From: Nitrosopumilaceae archaeon
GTDB lineage: Archaea; Thermoproteota; Nitrososphaeria; Nitrososphaerales; Nitrosopumilaceae
Assembly: GCA_965200155.1 (NCBI GenBank)
Contig: CBDATR010000009.1
Span: forward strand, 32,001-96,000
Length of the DNA stretch: 64,000 nt
Direction of reading: 5' to 3'
Under the pieces are notes generated by a model. The model was given only the letters and a program-made list of their open reading frames with translations. It was not told the DNA's origin and searched no databases. Positions 42,001 through 57,000 of this stretch are shown here, one piece after another (within the stretch, counting starts at the first letter, position 1; each line of letters starts with the position of its first letter). The translations under genes were made by a program, and so were the position numbers.

Positions 42001-45000
42001 TTATATTTCCGCAGCCTAACGGTTGCGGCCTCATTGAAGGTACGGAATGGATTTCCAACTGGCGCTCCAGCGCTACCAATTTCCGCAGCCTAACGGTTGC
42101 GGCCTCATTGAAGGAACCGTGGAATTATTCATTACATTCGCACTTTGGTATTTCCGCAGCCTAACGGTTGCGGCCTCATTGAAGGAACTACTTTGTGTAC
42201 GCCGCATATGTCATGCCATGTGATTTCCGCAGCCTAACGGTTGCGGCCTCATTGAAGGGTTATTTTGGCGATCCCACGTGATTCTGGCCCATATATTTCC
42301 GCAGCCTAACGGTTGCGGCCTCATTGAAGGTAGAAGGATCTGTCCAAGAAACGCCATATGGATATAATTTCCGCAGCCTAACGGTTGCGGCCTCATTGAA
42401 GGTAAAAGTGGAGTCTGGCAAGATCCCACTTTTTTCATATTTCCGCAGCCTAACGGTTGCGGCCTCATTGAAGGCTTACCCTCGCCGTGAACAAAGTCAC
42501 ATTCTATGCAAATTTCCGCAGCCTAACGGTTGCGGCCTCATTGAAGGTAACACATATATGGGGGTATTATGTTAAACATGTTACAATTTCCGCAGCCTAA
42601 CGGTTGCGGCCTCATTGAAGGAGGATGTGGCGACCTATATGTCGCTCACGGGACCTGATTTCCGCAGCCTAACGGTTGCGGCCTCATTGAAGGACGCAAA
42701 ATCCTTGACATGCACCGGCCATTATTCAAATTTCCGCAGCCTAACGGTTGCGGCCTCATTGAAGGACGTGAACAGTGTAATTTTGTAGAGCTTTTGAGCC
42801 AGATTTCCGCAGCCTAACGGTTGCGGCCTCATTGAAGGCGATCATATGACTCACTCCACCCCACCAAAAAATTAAGATTTCCGCAGCCTAACGGTTGCGG
42901 CCTCATTGAAGGAGGAGGACTGAGGGTAAGGACTGGCAGTCGCAATATAATTTCCGCAGCCTAACGGTTGCGGCCTCATTGAAGGAGATTCTCGCGATAT
43001 GCGATTTGTGATGCATGTACTATTTCCGCAGCCTAACGGTTGCGGCCTCATTGAAGGTAACCCTAATACTCCTCATGGTATTCGTCCTGCTACTACTATA
43101 TTTCCGCAGCCTAACGGTTGCGGCCTCATTGAAGGAAAGCTGCGGAATCCAATAGACCTTGTGCCACTGCCTGATTTCCGCAGCCTAACGGTTGCGGCCT
43201 CATTGAAGGCAAACCCTCGATTATCAATATCCTTTAAAAGAGGTGCATTTCCGCAGCCTAACGGTTGCGGCCTCATTGAAGGTGTGATCGATTTAAAATT
43301 TGCGACGGGTTTAGATATATTTCCGCAGCCTAACGGTTGCGGCCTCATTGAAGGCATGTATCTTTATTGCACGGAATCATTGTGTCGACTATTTCCGCAG
43401 CCTAACGGTTGCGGCCTCATTGAAGGGACTCATCACAAACATTAATCTATGACCCTGTGCATTGCGGCCCCGCACGTCAAACCATTTCCGCAGCCTAACG
43501 GTTGCGGCCTCATTGAAGGGACTCATCACAAACATTAATGGCGGAGGATGTCGGGATTTCCGCAGCCTAACGGTTGCGGCCTCATTGAAGGCGGTGGTTG
43601 TACTAGTTAGTAATGAATCTGCCTTGGATTTCCGCAGCCTAACGGTTGCGGCCTCATTGAAGGCTTACTGAGTAGACTCGATCTGCGATGTGGACGTAAC
43701 GATTTCCGCAGCCTAACGGTTGCGGCCTCATTGAAGGGAATTCGTAAATAATCGCGGCGTTAATAGCACAATAATTTCCGCAGCCTAACGGTTGCGGCCT
43801 CATTGAAGGACCCGAATTGCAAATCTTAATATGGCCGCCGAATGGAAATTTCCGCAGCCTAACGGTTGCGGCCTCATTGAAGGGTTAAACCAAATTCGTT
43901 TGTGCCGTCTCCGAATTCTCCATTTCCGCAGCCTAACGGTTGCGGCCTCATTGAAGGAACGAACGCTCCAAAAATTCCAATTCCGGCGTTATGTATTTCC
44001 GCAGCCTAACGGTTGCGGCCTCATTGAAGGGACCATGTTAATATTACCTGTCCACTCTGTATGACACATTTCCGCAGCCTAACGGTTGCGGCCTCATTGA
44101 AGGACTGAGTTCATGTGCTTTGATCTCATGTTTGTATTATTTCCGCAGCCTAACGGTTGCGGCCTCATTGAAGGTGTCGATACTAATATTGCCTGGGATG
44201 CTTACGAAATTATTTCCGCAGCCTAACGGTTGCGGCCTCATTGAAGGTTGTAATATTGATCGAGAGCCCGCGATTCATTATATCATTTCCGCAGCCTAAC
44301 GGTTGCGGCCTCATTGAAGGTGGCATCAGTTGCATCTTATTCACAGAGGTTGGGAGAATTTCCGCAGCCTAACGGTTGCGGCCTCATTGAAGGACATATC
44401 CATTCCATGGTCTTTGCTCATCATATTGGTATTTCCGCAGCCTAACGGTTGCGGCCTCATTGAAGGAGTCAATTAAAAGGAGATATTGAGCCGGCGTGGA
44501 ATTCATTTCCGCAGCCTAACGGTTGCGGCCTCATTGAAGGGGGGAATTTTCCATGTAAGTTATGGGTGCTAATAGACATTTCCGCAGCCTAACGGTTGCG
44601 GCCTCATTGAAGGTATACACTCACTGCATATAGAGTGGCTCCTGAGGAGATTTCCGCAGCCTAACGGTTGCGGCCTCATTGAAGGTAATGACCGGTTTAC
44701 TTATCATATTTTCACCATACTTATTTCCGCAGCCTAACGGTTGCGGCCTCATTGAAGGCACACGCGCGACTCTATAGGCATGACCCAGGCTTGAATTTCC
44801 GCAGCCTAACGGTTGCGGCCTCATTGAAGGTTTTGTCCATTTTGCTTGTTGCATACTCTAGTATACGATTTCCGCAGCCTAACGGTTGCGGCCTCATTGA
44901 AGGGACATTCTAAAAGTGACCGTACCGGGTCCACTTTTATTTCCGCAGCCTAACGGTTGCGGCCTCATTGAAGGGACAATGGCGTGACAGGCAGCGATCT

Positions 45001-48000
45001 CCGAGGCAAGATTTCCGCAGCCTAACGGTTGCGGCCTCATTGAAGGTGTTAGTAGTGTTTTAGCAAATCCATGGCTATTAAGATTTCCGCAGCCTAACGG
45101 TTGCGGCCTCATTGAAGGTAGCATAATCGTTTGTCATAAGCCATTTTTTTACGCGGATTTCCGCAGCCTAACGGTTGCGGCCTCATTGAAGGTGGACTAA
45201 TGACACACGGGCGTCCGTGGCCTGAAATATTTCCGCAGCCTAACGGTTGCGGCCTCATTGAAGGCTCCCCAATGCCGCCATTAATTTTGTCTCGCGGCGG
45301 AATTTCCGCAGCCTAACGGTTGCGGCCTCATTGAAGGACGGCAACAGGCCTTAATGACGGCACGACATATTGGATTTCCGCAGCCTAACGGTTGCGGCCT
45401 CATTGAAGGGGTGCATATTTTGTGGCCGACAGTCTGTATGGCGCTTATTTCCGCAGCCTAACGGTTGCGGCCTCATTGAAGGTGACTATTACTGCTTTTT
45501 TTGGGCTTCGCTTTTTGATTTCCGCAGCCTAACGGTTGCGGCCTCATTGAAGGTCCTGATAAAAATCGATCCTATATACTTTCCATGTGCGATTTCCGCA
45601 GCCTAACGGTTGCGGCCTCATTGAAGGACGAATGGAGGGCCTGAAAGGTAAACTGACTGGCGGGATTTCCGCAGCCTAACGGTTGCGGCCTCATTGAAGG
45701 GTCGAGTTCATGGAGATTACATCAAGCCGGGATATAATTTCCGCAGCCTAACGGTTGCGGCCTCATTGAAGGTACTATACACTCGAATCCTCGCACTCCT
45801 CATTCTACTATTTCCGCAGCCTAACGGTTGCGGCCTCATTGAAGGACTTAGTAAAAGTGACCGCCCAAGGTCCACTTTTTAATTTCCGCAGCCTAACGGT
45901 TGCGGCCTCATTGAAGGTGTGGTAAACCAAATTGGCGTGGGCGACGGCACGGATATTTCCGCAGCCTAACGGTTGCGGCCTCATTGAAGGCCCGCCCTGC
46001 ACCCCTTGCCACCATACCGCATACAAATTTCCGCAGCCTAACGGTTGCGGCCTCATTGAAGGGTTCGATGTTAGGACTGAGTCCACCGCAGGATATGGGA
46101 TTTCCGCAGCCTAACGGTTGCGGCCTCATTGAAGGACATTGTGGTTGGCAGGTCTAGTCGGCGCGGGAATGGCATTTCCGCAGCCTAACGGTTGCGGCCT
46201 CATTGAAGGTGAGATAGCAGTAGTAGGATCTTTAAGGATTTCTTTATTTCCGCAGCCTAACGGTTGCGGCCTCATTGAAGGAGGATGAGGCAAAAGCAGC
46301 AAGACGCCGCGATTATGTATTTCCGCAGCCTAACGGTTGCGGCCTCATTGAAGGTTCGAAGAGATGGATCTTACCAGAAAAAAACAATGGGCATTTCCGC
46401 AGCCTAACGGTTGCGGCCTCATTGAAGGTTGTGACCTGTCCATTACCGCTCTCTGCAATAGCAATTTCCGCAGCCTAACGGTTGCGGCCTCATTGAAGGG
46501 TGCCTATGTTGTTGCCGATGTATTTTTTTTGGCTCGAGATTTCCGCAGCCTAACGGTTGCGGCCTCATTGAAGGCGCCAGGTTCATAAAGCTCGCATTGA
46601 CCCGTGCCATATTTCCGCAGCCTAACGGTTGCGGCCTCATTGAAGGGATAATGTAACAGGTGAATTTTTGAGCGGGACAGATTATTTCCGCAGCCTAACG
46701 GTTGCGGCCTCATTGAAGGCAAATTCCATGTTGTATATTTCCCTCATGTCTTTTTTATTTCCGCAGCCTAACGGTTGCGGCCTCATTGAAGGGAACAAGC
46801 GGTCAAGTCACAATAAGTTGGAATGCCGATTTCCGCAGCCTAACGGTTGCGGCCTCATTGAAGGAATCGCCCATTGCTCATGAATGTACTTAGTTAATTC
46901 CTATTTCCGCAGCCTAACGGTTGCGGCCTCATTGAAGGTTCAATGTCCATACGGCATATGTCGGCGATTGATTTATTTCCGCAGCCTAACGGTTGCGGCC
47001 TCATTGAAGGAATCCGTAATGCTCATACGAGCCGTCAGTGTCGCTCATATTTCCGCAGCCTAACGGTTGCGGCCTCATTGAAGGTATAAAAACAACCATG
47101 CATACTGTAAAGCATGTAACAATTTCCGCAGCCTAACGGTTGCGGCCTCATTGAAGGGCCTCAACCACGTGCATCTCTTTCTTGGCGGCCTCAAATTTCC
47201 GCAGCCTAACGGTTGCGGCCTCATTGAAGGTGTTCAAGCCAAGCTTATGGTTGAATATTCAACGCCTTATTTCCGCAGCCTAACGGTTGCGGCCTCATTG
47301 AAGGTGCTTGTTGCATAGTATACATACGGCATTACGGTATAATTTCCGCAGCCTAACGGTTGCGGCCTCATTGAAGGGATCAAAGCCCTAAACCACAGGC
47401 CGCCGCGAGCATAATATTTCCGCAGCCTAACGGTTGCGGCCTCATTGAAGGTTGGCAAAATCATTGTATTATTCGTACCACCACCTATGATTTCCGCAGC
47501 CTAACGGTTGCGGCCTCATTGAAGGGTGTAAGGGCGCGCAATGCAACTGGTTGGGGTGCATAATTTCCGCAGCCTAACGGTTGCGGCCTCATTGAAGGGC
47601 GTGCGCCAGGGCTCGCGAATCGCATGGATCAATATTTCCGCAGCCTAACGGTTGCGGCCTCATTGAAGGCCTCGATATTGTTGGCCGTGTCTATAAGAGT
47701 ATTAAATTTCCGCAGCCTAACGGTTGCGGCCTCATTGAAGGTACTCAACCCAAAAGAAGTCCTCGGGTATCTGGTTCATATTTCCGCAGCCTAACGGTTG
47801 CGGCCTCATTGAAGGCGACGTTCCCTTGTATAAGACACATTTTGTTATACATATTTCCGCAGCCTAACGGTTGCGGCCTCATTGAAGGACCAAAAGTCGC
47901 TAATTACAAAAAATACGCATGGTGTATTTCCGCAGCCTAACGGTTGCGGCCTCATTGAAGGGATGGTATAGTCACGATTAATTACCTGTCCCTTTTCATT

Positions 48001-51000
48001 TCCGCAGCCTAACGGTTGCGGCCTCATTGAAGGTTAGTCGCTGTATATCTCGATATAATTTACCTAATGGGGATTTCCGCAGCCTAACGGTTGCGGCCTC
48101 ATTGAAGGCAGTTAGGAGCCATGCGGTATATTTGTGGTACAATAATTTCCGCAGCCTAACGGTTGCGGCCTCATTGAAGGAATTTGCTGGGCGTGCCTGC
48201 TCTTGCGACTCTATCTAATTTCCGCAGCCTAACGGTTGCGGCCTCATTGAAGGAGGACGCAGGCAGGGCGATATATGATGACAGCATATAATTTCCGCAG
48301 CCTAACGGTTGCGGCCTCATTGAAGGGTTGAGTGGTTTGATAATTTAGGATTGCATGGTGTATATTTCCGCAGCCTAACGGTTGCGGCCTCATTGAAGGG
48401 TGCGATGTATCTGGTTTGTTTTGGAGCGCTGTTATAAATTTCCGCAGCCTAACGGTTGCGGCCTCATTGAAGGCACATATCTGTAACCACATTGCTCGCA
48501 CTCAAAAGCAAATTTCCGCAGCCTAACGGTTGCGGCCTCATTGAAGGGCCGATTCATATTCCGTAAGAAGGTATAGCAGTGAAACATTTCCGCAGCCTAA
48601 CGGTTGCGGCCTCATTGAAGGATTACCCGCGGGAACAAAAACCAATGTGGCAATTAATTTCCGCAGCCTAACGGTTGCGGCCTCATTGAAGGTATTCCCC
48701 AAGGTGTCAATCGACGTAAAGAAAGTAGAATTTCCGCAGCCTAACGGTTGCGGCCTCATTGAAGGATGAATTACAGTTGGATCTTAATGAAACTGAACGT
48801 GAATTTCCGCAGCCTAACGGTTGCGGCCTCATTGAAGGATATTGTAATTAAGTATACATCTATATATGCCAGGCAATTTCCGCAGCCTAACGGTTGCGGC
48901 CTCATTGAAGGGCATCGGCCCAGGCACCACAGTCACATCTCTTTTTGATTTCCGCAGCCTAACGGTTGCGGCCTCATTGAAGGGTCTTTGTGGCGCGGCT
49001 CAAAACTAGTGATGTGTCCTATTTCCGCAGCCTAACGGTTGCGGCCTCATTGAAGGGGAACCAAAAGTCACGACGATATGTCGCACTTAGTATAATTTCC
49101 GCAGCCTAACGGTTGCGGCCTCATTGAAGGTATTTGCCGTGGTCACTGGCGGCAACATACTTACCCGATTTCCGCAGCCTAACGGTTGCGGCCTCATTGA
49201 AGGGCGGCGCGCCTGGCAATACAATCGGGGCCGCGGGCCTTGATTTCCGCAGCCTAACGGTTGCGGCCTCATTGAAGGGTGGAGCTGTTGGGGCTGCTAA
49301 CGGCGCCACAGGTGATTTCCGCAGCCTAACGGTTGCGGCCTCATTGAAGGCACATGGCGGCGGATCAATTGAGCAAATATATTCCAATTTCCGCAGCCTA
49401 ACGGTTGCGGCCTCATTGAAGGCAACCACCTGGTCGTCAAATATCACGGCCGCTGGCGATTTCCGCAGCCTAACGGTTGCGGCCTCATTGAAGGATTGAT
49501 CGCATGAATGAAGTGGCCGCTTATTGGCAAAATTTCCGCAGCCTAACGGTTGCGGCCTCATTGAAGGGATCTCGTGTTGTTTGTCTATTACCTCTGCCGA
49601 TACAAATTTCCGCAGCCTAACGGTTGCGGCCTCATTGAAGGTACGCGATTTGTTGCGTGGTTTTTTGACCAACACCCTATTTCCGCAGCCTAACGGTTGC
49701 GGCCTCATTGAAGGGACGTGGCCTCGGAAAAAAATGGCGTATGACAAAAGGCATTTCCGCAGCCTAACGGTTGCGGCCTCATTGAAGGTTTCCAGTATGT
49801 AATTCCACCGGGTGCGTTCTCGTAATTATTTCCGCAGCCTAACGGTTGCGGCCTCATTGAAGGTACTGTCCAACATCCACCACCGCCAATACTTCATAAT
49901 TTCCGCAGCCTAACGGTTGCGGCCTCATTGAAGGTTATCATCATGAGCATAATAGACGCGGCCAGTGTATTATTTCCGCAGCCTAACGGTTGCGGCCTCA
50001 TTGAAGGGTCTTTCCTTGCCATTGAATGGGATCTTTACATATACATTTCCGCAGCCTAACGGTTGCGGCCTCATTGAAGGGCCTCTATGAGTGCTTCTTT
50101 AAGGACTTTGTTAGTATAATTTCCGCAGCCTAACGGTTGCGGCCTCATTGAAGGTACCAAGTTGGGATGCTGCTTCGCGACTGCCTGATACAATTTCCGC
50201 AGCCTAACGGTTGCGGCCTCATTGAAGGTGGGTTATACCTACACCGCTCACATGCCTGCTCTATTATTTCCGCAGCCTAACGGTTGCGGCCTCATTGAAG
50301 GAGTAAGGCAGGGGGCGTGTGGCAAGGGGGGGTAATAGATTTCCGCAGCCTAACGGTTGCGGCCTCATTGAAGGTCTGGAGCACACAGTGCACTCAACCA
50401 AATGGCAAGATATTTCCGCAGCCTAACGGTTGCGGCCTCATTGAAGGTCTCAACAGCCGACGACGATCGCGAGGTATACGAGATTTCCGCAGCCTAACGG
50501 TTGCGGCCTCATTGAAGGTCAACCATTTCGGCCAATAAAATGTTCGATTTTTCAATTTCCGCAGCCTAACGGTTGCGGCCTCATTGAAGGGTAATGGTGT
50601 TGTTACCATTTCACCGGTATTTGGGTCATTTCCGCAGCCTAACGGTTGCGGCCTCATTGAAGGAATGTACCTTTGATTACGATACATTGCCCTATTTGTA
50701 TTTCCGCAGCCTAACGGTTGCGGCCTCATTGAAGGAATGTACCTTTGATTACGATACATTGCCCTATTTGTATTTCCGCAGCCTAACGGTTGCGGCCTCA
50801 TTGAAGGTAACGGTCACGCACACATTCGCGGCGGGGGAGGCCAATTTCCGCAGCCTAACGGTTGCGGCCTCATTGAAGGATCCCCATTATTGCTATGTTG
50901 TATTTGACTCGTATTATTTCCGCAGCCTAACGGTTGCGGCCTCATTGAAGGTTGTGATGAGGATATATTTCATGACACGATCCCGCCGATTTCCGCAGCC

Positions 51001-54000
51001 TAACGGTTGCGGCCTCATTGAAGGGTTTGAGGTTCGCTCAATTAACAGCGTAGGCACAGGGATTTCCGCAGCCTAACGGTTGCGGCCTCATTGAAGGGCA
51101 AATAGATGCATGTCATGCAACCAAACAATACATATTTCCGCAGCCTAACGGTTGCGGCCTCATTGAAGGTATATCTGCATATACGTCATGTGTCGACAGG
51201 AAGAATGATTTCCGCAGCCTAACGGTTGCGGCCTCATTGAAGGTTAGCAGTATTTGGGTTGGGCGTGCACATAACCATTACTGATTTCCGCAGCCTAACG
51301 GTTGCGGCCTCATTGAAGGCACGCATATTACTGCTACAGAGTTGGCAAAAGGAGCGATTTCCGCAGCCTAACGGTTGCGGCCTCATTGAAGGTTGGGCTT
51401 GGTGTGGATTCTGTCGTCGGCCTCAATATTTCCGCAGCCTAACGGTTGCGGCCTCATTGAAGGCGTGTGCGTATAATCGTACTCAAACTCACCAAGTATT
51501 AATTTCCGCAGCCTAACGGTTGCGGCCTCATTGAAGGGCCTCTTTCCGTCGCAATCACTTATCTGGTAAAAATATTTCCGCAGCCTAACGGTTGCGGCCT
51601 CATTGAAGGATGGCATAAGCCCAAGCACCACCGCGAATTACTTTAAATTTCCGCAGCCTAACGGTTGCGGCCTCATTGAAGGATTGTGCCCACAGAGACA
51701 GGTCAACGCAATTTGGTGATTTCCGCAGCCTAACGGTTGCGGCCTCATTGAAGGGGCAAAGGATCACAACAGGCATGGCAATTTGTGAGTAATATTTCCG
51801 CAGCCTAACGGTTGCGGCCTCATTGAAGGCATTAGACTTCCTCCACAATGGGGACTCTATATGCAATTTCCGCAGCCTAACGGTTGCGGCCTCATTGAAG
51901 GTCATCTTTCACGTCCTCAAGCAGGCCGCCTGTAAATATTTCCGCAGCCTAACGGTTGCGGCCTCATTGAAGGGGATTTTACAGCTTTTGGATCGATTGT
52001 GAGCGTGATATTTCCGCAGCCTAACGGTTGCGGCCTCATTGAAGGCGTGGTCACTGGCGGCAACATACTTACCCGATACGGGATTTCCGCAGCCTAACGG
52101 TTGCGGCCTCATTGAAGGCATTTTCCATACTCCATATGCACATGACATGTTATAATTTCCGCAGCCTAACGGTTGCGGCCTCATTGAAGGCTGAGTTCTG
52201 GCAATTTGCCGCCCTCTGCTATACCACATTTCCGCAGCCTAACGGTTGCGGCCTCATTGAAGGCGGGTGGTGCTGATATTGTGACTTGTGCCTGTGACAT
52301 TGATTTCCGCAGCCTAACGGTTGCGGCCTCATTGAAGGAGTGTAAATAATGAGAAATACATAGCACATATTGAGATTTCCGCAGCCTAACGGTTGCGGCC
52401 TCATTGAAGGGCCCAATACCGTGTCCGCACCTACCGTAACTTTACCGATTTCCGCAGCCTAACGGTTGCGGCCTCATTGAAGGAAGCGATTGTTTGTTTT
52501 CGTGCATTATCGAGTGCATTAATTTCCGCAGCCTAACGGTTGCGGCCTCATTGAAGGATGGGGACGGTCAGGTAACAATCAGGTGGAATGCCGATTTCCG
52601 CAGCCTAACGGTTGCGGCCTCATTGAAGGTGTTTGGTATTTAGCCAAATAGAAATATCCACATATTATTTCCGCAGCCTAACGGTTGCGGCCTCATTGAA
52701 GGTCATAACAGGACTAACTAATGGGGTTACGTATTGGTTATTTCCGCAGCCTAACGGTTGCGGCCTCATTGAAGGGAGACATCGTGACGGGTAACGACGG
52801 CGACGACATAGATTTCCGCAGCCTAACGGTTGCGGCCTCATTGAAGGCTGGTTTTCGACACAAAATCTGTACCTCTTCATTACTAATTTCCGCAGCCTAA
52901 CGGTTGCGGCCTCATTGAAGGAAATGACTTAAGTAGTCGCCCACACGTAAGCACGGAATTTCCGCAGCCTAACGGTTGCGGCCTCATTGAAGGCAATTCA
53001 TTAATTATATTACCATTCAATGGTATATAATTTCCGCAGCCTAACGGTTGCGGCCTCATTGAAGGGAATATACACCATAAAAGATATTAGTGTCGCATGT
53101 CAAATTTCCGCAGCCTAACGGTTGCGGCCTCATTGAAGGACGACTGCAGAATCGAGTTTAACAAATTTGGTGAGCTATTTCCGCAGCCTAACGGTTGCGG
53201 CCTCATTGAAGGATTGGTGAGTACGCGTTCGGTGCGAACAAGGCAGGATATTTCCGCAGCCTAACGGTTGCGGCCTCATTGAAGGTTGCTCTTCTCGTCT
53301 CTGGCGGTCTCTTCCTTCTAGATTTCCGCAGCCTAACGGTTGCGGCCTCATTGAAGGATTTGGGGGCAGTTCTTATAATCATGAGTCTCAAAGATTTCCG
53401 CAGCCTAACGGTTGCGGCCTCATTGAAGGAGATCTTAAAAAGTTCATTTTATCGAAAGCAGGTTCGAATTTCCGCAGCCTAACGGTTGCGGCCTCATTGA
53501 AGGTCCAATTTGCGGGTTAATTCCACATCACGCATGTTATTTCCGCAGCCTAACGGTTGCGGCCTCATTGAAGGCAACCACAAGTTAGTTAGCGGCTCCT
53601 TAGATATGACCGATTTCCGCAGCCTAACGGTTGCGGCCTCATTGAAGGGTTTCCTGGCGTTGTCTAGGGCGTTGTCAGAATGGGATTTCCGCAGCCTAAC
53701 GGTTGCGGCCTCATTGAAGGCACCAAAGATTAAACCTTGATAATTATGCGGGTGCCGATTTCCGCAGCCTAACGGTTGCGGCCTCATTGAAGGGTCGTCA
53801 TCATCGCCGCCGCCGTTACCGCCGTCATCAATTTCCGCAGCCTAACGGTTGCGGCCTCATTGAAGGCACAAAGCTACGGACTCGCTTGCCATGACAACTT
53901 GGGATTTCCGCAGCCTAACGGTTGCGGCCTCATTGAAGGTTTCACAACCCGTCAAAATCGCATGGATCAGGGGGGGGATTTCCGCAGCCTAACGGTTGCG

Positions 54001-57000
54001 GCCTCATTGAAGGCTGACAATTTTTCCAAAATCTCGTATACATCCTGGGTCATTTCCGCAGCCTAACGGTTGCGGCCTCATTGAAGGACCAACAGCGAGA
54101 CTAAAATTATCCAGAGCCTGATTAAAATTTCCGCAGCCTAACGGTTGCGGCCTCATTGAAGGCTGGTCTCACTGGTGCATTCCGGCTTACATATGGTGTA
54201 TTTCCGCAGCCTAACGGTTGCGGCCTCATTGAAGGCGACCCAGTGGCCGCATGCCGCGCATTTGTGCTTGCCAATTTCCGCAGCCTAACGGTTGCGGCCT
54301 CATTGAAGGCTTGGCATCACAGATATTGAGGATCAGCGAGTTGACATTTCCGCAGCCTAACGGTTGCGGCCTCATTGAAGGCCCATTTTGGCTTTGTTAC
54401 AGACCTCAAAGAAATATATTTCCGCAGCCTAACGGTTGCGGCCTCATTGAAGGCAGGGCTTGAATTTTAATTATCGCCGTATATATCGGATTTCCGCAGC
54501 CTAACGGTTGCGGCCTCATTGAAGGTAAATTGTATTCACCAATTTTGGCGCGGCATTACTATTTCCGCAGCCTAACGGTTGCGGCCTCATTGAAGGATTC
54601 GTTAAACCGGTGATTACTATCTCATTACTAGGAGATTTCCGCAGCCTAACGGTTGCGGCCTCATTGAAGGCAGGGGCGGAGGCATATAGGGTATATTGGC
54701 ATATTGATTTCCGCAGCCTAACGGTTGCGGCCTCATTGAAGGTATTAGACACGAATTTATCCGCCAAACAAATTAGGGAATTTCCGCAGCCTAACGGTTG
54801 CGGCCTCATTGAAGGGGCGTGAGAGCTCGCAATGCAACAGGATGGGGTGTATAATTTCCGCAGCCTAACGGTTGCGGCCTCATTGAAGGTACCAGTAAAC
54901 CCAGACAATGCATCCTTAAAGCTTTTTACATTTCCGCAGCCTAACGGTTGCGGCCTCATTGAAGGATTTTGTCATGCTGCAATGTCATGAGCCAGTCGGC
55001 GATTTCCGCAGCCTAACGGTTGCGGCCTCATTGAAGGTAATACCACATGGGCTCATATCGGTGCTAATAATGTCAATTTCCGCAGCCTAACGGTTGCGGC
55101 CTCATTGAAGGGTCTATTAATCTACTTCGTCGCGATGTGCTTGATCATTTCCGCAGCCTAACGGTTGCGGCCTCATTGAAGGCCGCCCCCGCCTATGATG
55201 TCAATTGTGACTGATCGATATTTCCGCAGCCTAACGGTTGCGGCCTCATTGAAGGTTACTAACTTCGATGCATTGAATCAAGAATCTAAGATATTTCCGC
55301 AGCCTAACGGTTGCGGCCTCATTGAAGGGGAAAATATCTCGCAAAAACAAAACACAAACAAGCTAATTTCCGCAGCCTAACGGTTGCGGCCTCATTGAAG
55401 GGGCAGAGATCACCGCAAAGGCAGGTATACAATTGTTGATTTCCGCAGCCTAACGGTTGCGGCCTCATTGAAGGAATTGATGTTAAAAAGGTGGATCCGG
55501 TTGACAATAATAATTTCCGCAGCCTAACGGTTGCGGCCTCATTGAAGGATAGACGAGACGGCTCGAGCCAAAAGAAATACATCGGATTTCCGCAGCCTAA
55601 CGGTTGCGGCCTCATTGAAGGCCTGATATACCGACAGGAATTGGATATGCACCTGGAAAATTTCCGCAGCCTAACGGTTGCGGCCTCATTGAAGGAGAGC
55701 CGAATTCGAGGACTTTGACATATTCAGCATGTATTTCCGCAGCCTAACGGTTGCGGCCTCATTGAAGGCTCCAATAATACTTGGTCTTTCCTTTACCCTC
55801 TCGGATTTCCGCAGCCTAACGGTTGCGGCCTCATTGAAGGAGATAACTTAGCATTGATGCGCGGCCATATGCGTGGATATTTCCGCAGCCTAACGGTTGC
55901 GGCCTCATTGAAGGGTCAATGCGGCCCGACCATATATCACCCGCCAGGTCATAATTTCCGCAGCCTAACGGTTGCGGCCTCATTGAAGGTCGAGGTCATC
56001 AAAAGTATCCCAAGGTGCTGTGGATATTTCCGCAGCCTAACGGTTGCGGCCTCATTGAAGGGTGCCGAATGCATATCCGCCTATGGTCCTCTCGCCGAGA
56101 TATTTCCGCAGCCTAACGGTTGCGGCCTCATTGAAGGCGCGGCAGCAGAATCTTTGCCAGCAGGATCCATGGAAATTTCCGCAGCCTAACGGTTGCGGCC
56201 TCATTGAAGGCAATCACATGGGATCCGGTAAATACCGCCACTGTATAATTTCCGCAGCCTAACGGTTGCGGCCTCATTGAAGGTCATGTAGCAAGGCAGG
56301 GAGGTGCATGGCAGGGTGGAATTTCCGCAGCCTAACGGTTGCGGCCTCATTGAAGGGCGGGGCCTCCCCCCGCTCATAATATGTGTATTCAAATTTCCGC
56401 AGCCTAACGGTTGCGGCCTCATTGAAGGATTGTTGAGGTAAATCCTCCAATGCACCAATTGCATATTTCCGCAGCCTAACGGTTGCGGCCTCATTGAAGG
56501 CTCTCTATACCACGACTTCCGTGCACAACTCGTCGATAAATTTCCGCAGCCTAACGGTTGCGGCCTCATTGAAGGGTATCTTAGAGCACCAAGGATGAGG
56601 TAACCAGGTCCAGATTTCCGCAGCCTAACGGTTGCGGCCTCATTGAAGGACCTGTCGAACTATCAAACACGCCAATACCATTACCAATTTCCGCAGCCTA
56701 ACGGTTGCGGCCTCATTGAAGGTTGTATATGAACTAAATAGCTTAACATATATCTGACATTTCCGCAGCCTAACGGTTGCGGCCTCATTGAAGGTTTGCA
56801 GGCCTCCATGATGATATTGGCCTGCGCTTGGGATTTCCGCAGCCTAACGGTTGCGGCCTCATTGAAGGTTCGGATCCGCCCAAAATCGCATGGATCAGGG
56901 GGGGGGGATTTCCGCAGCCTAACGGTTGCGGCCTCATTGAAGGAGTCGTGGGTATACCCCTTGAAGGCACGGCCGCGGCATTTCCGCAGCCTAACGGTTG

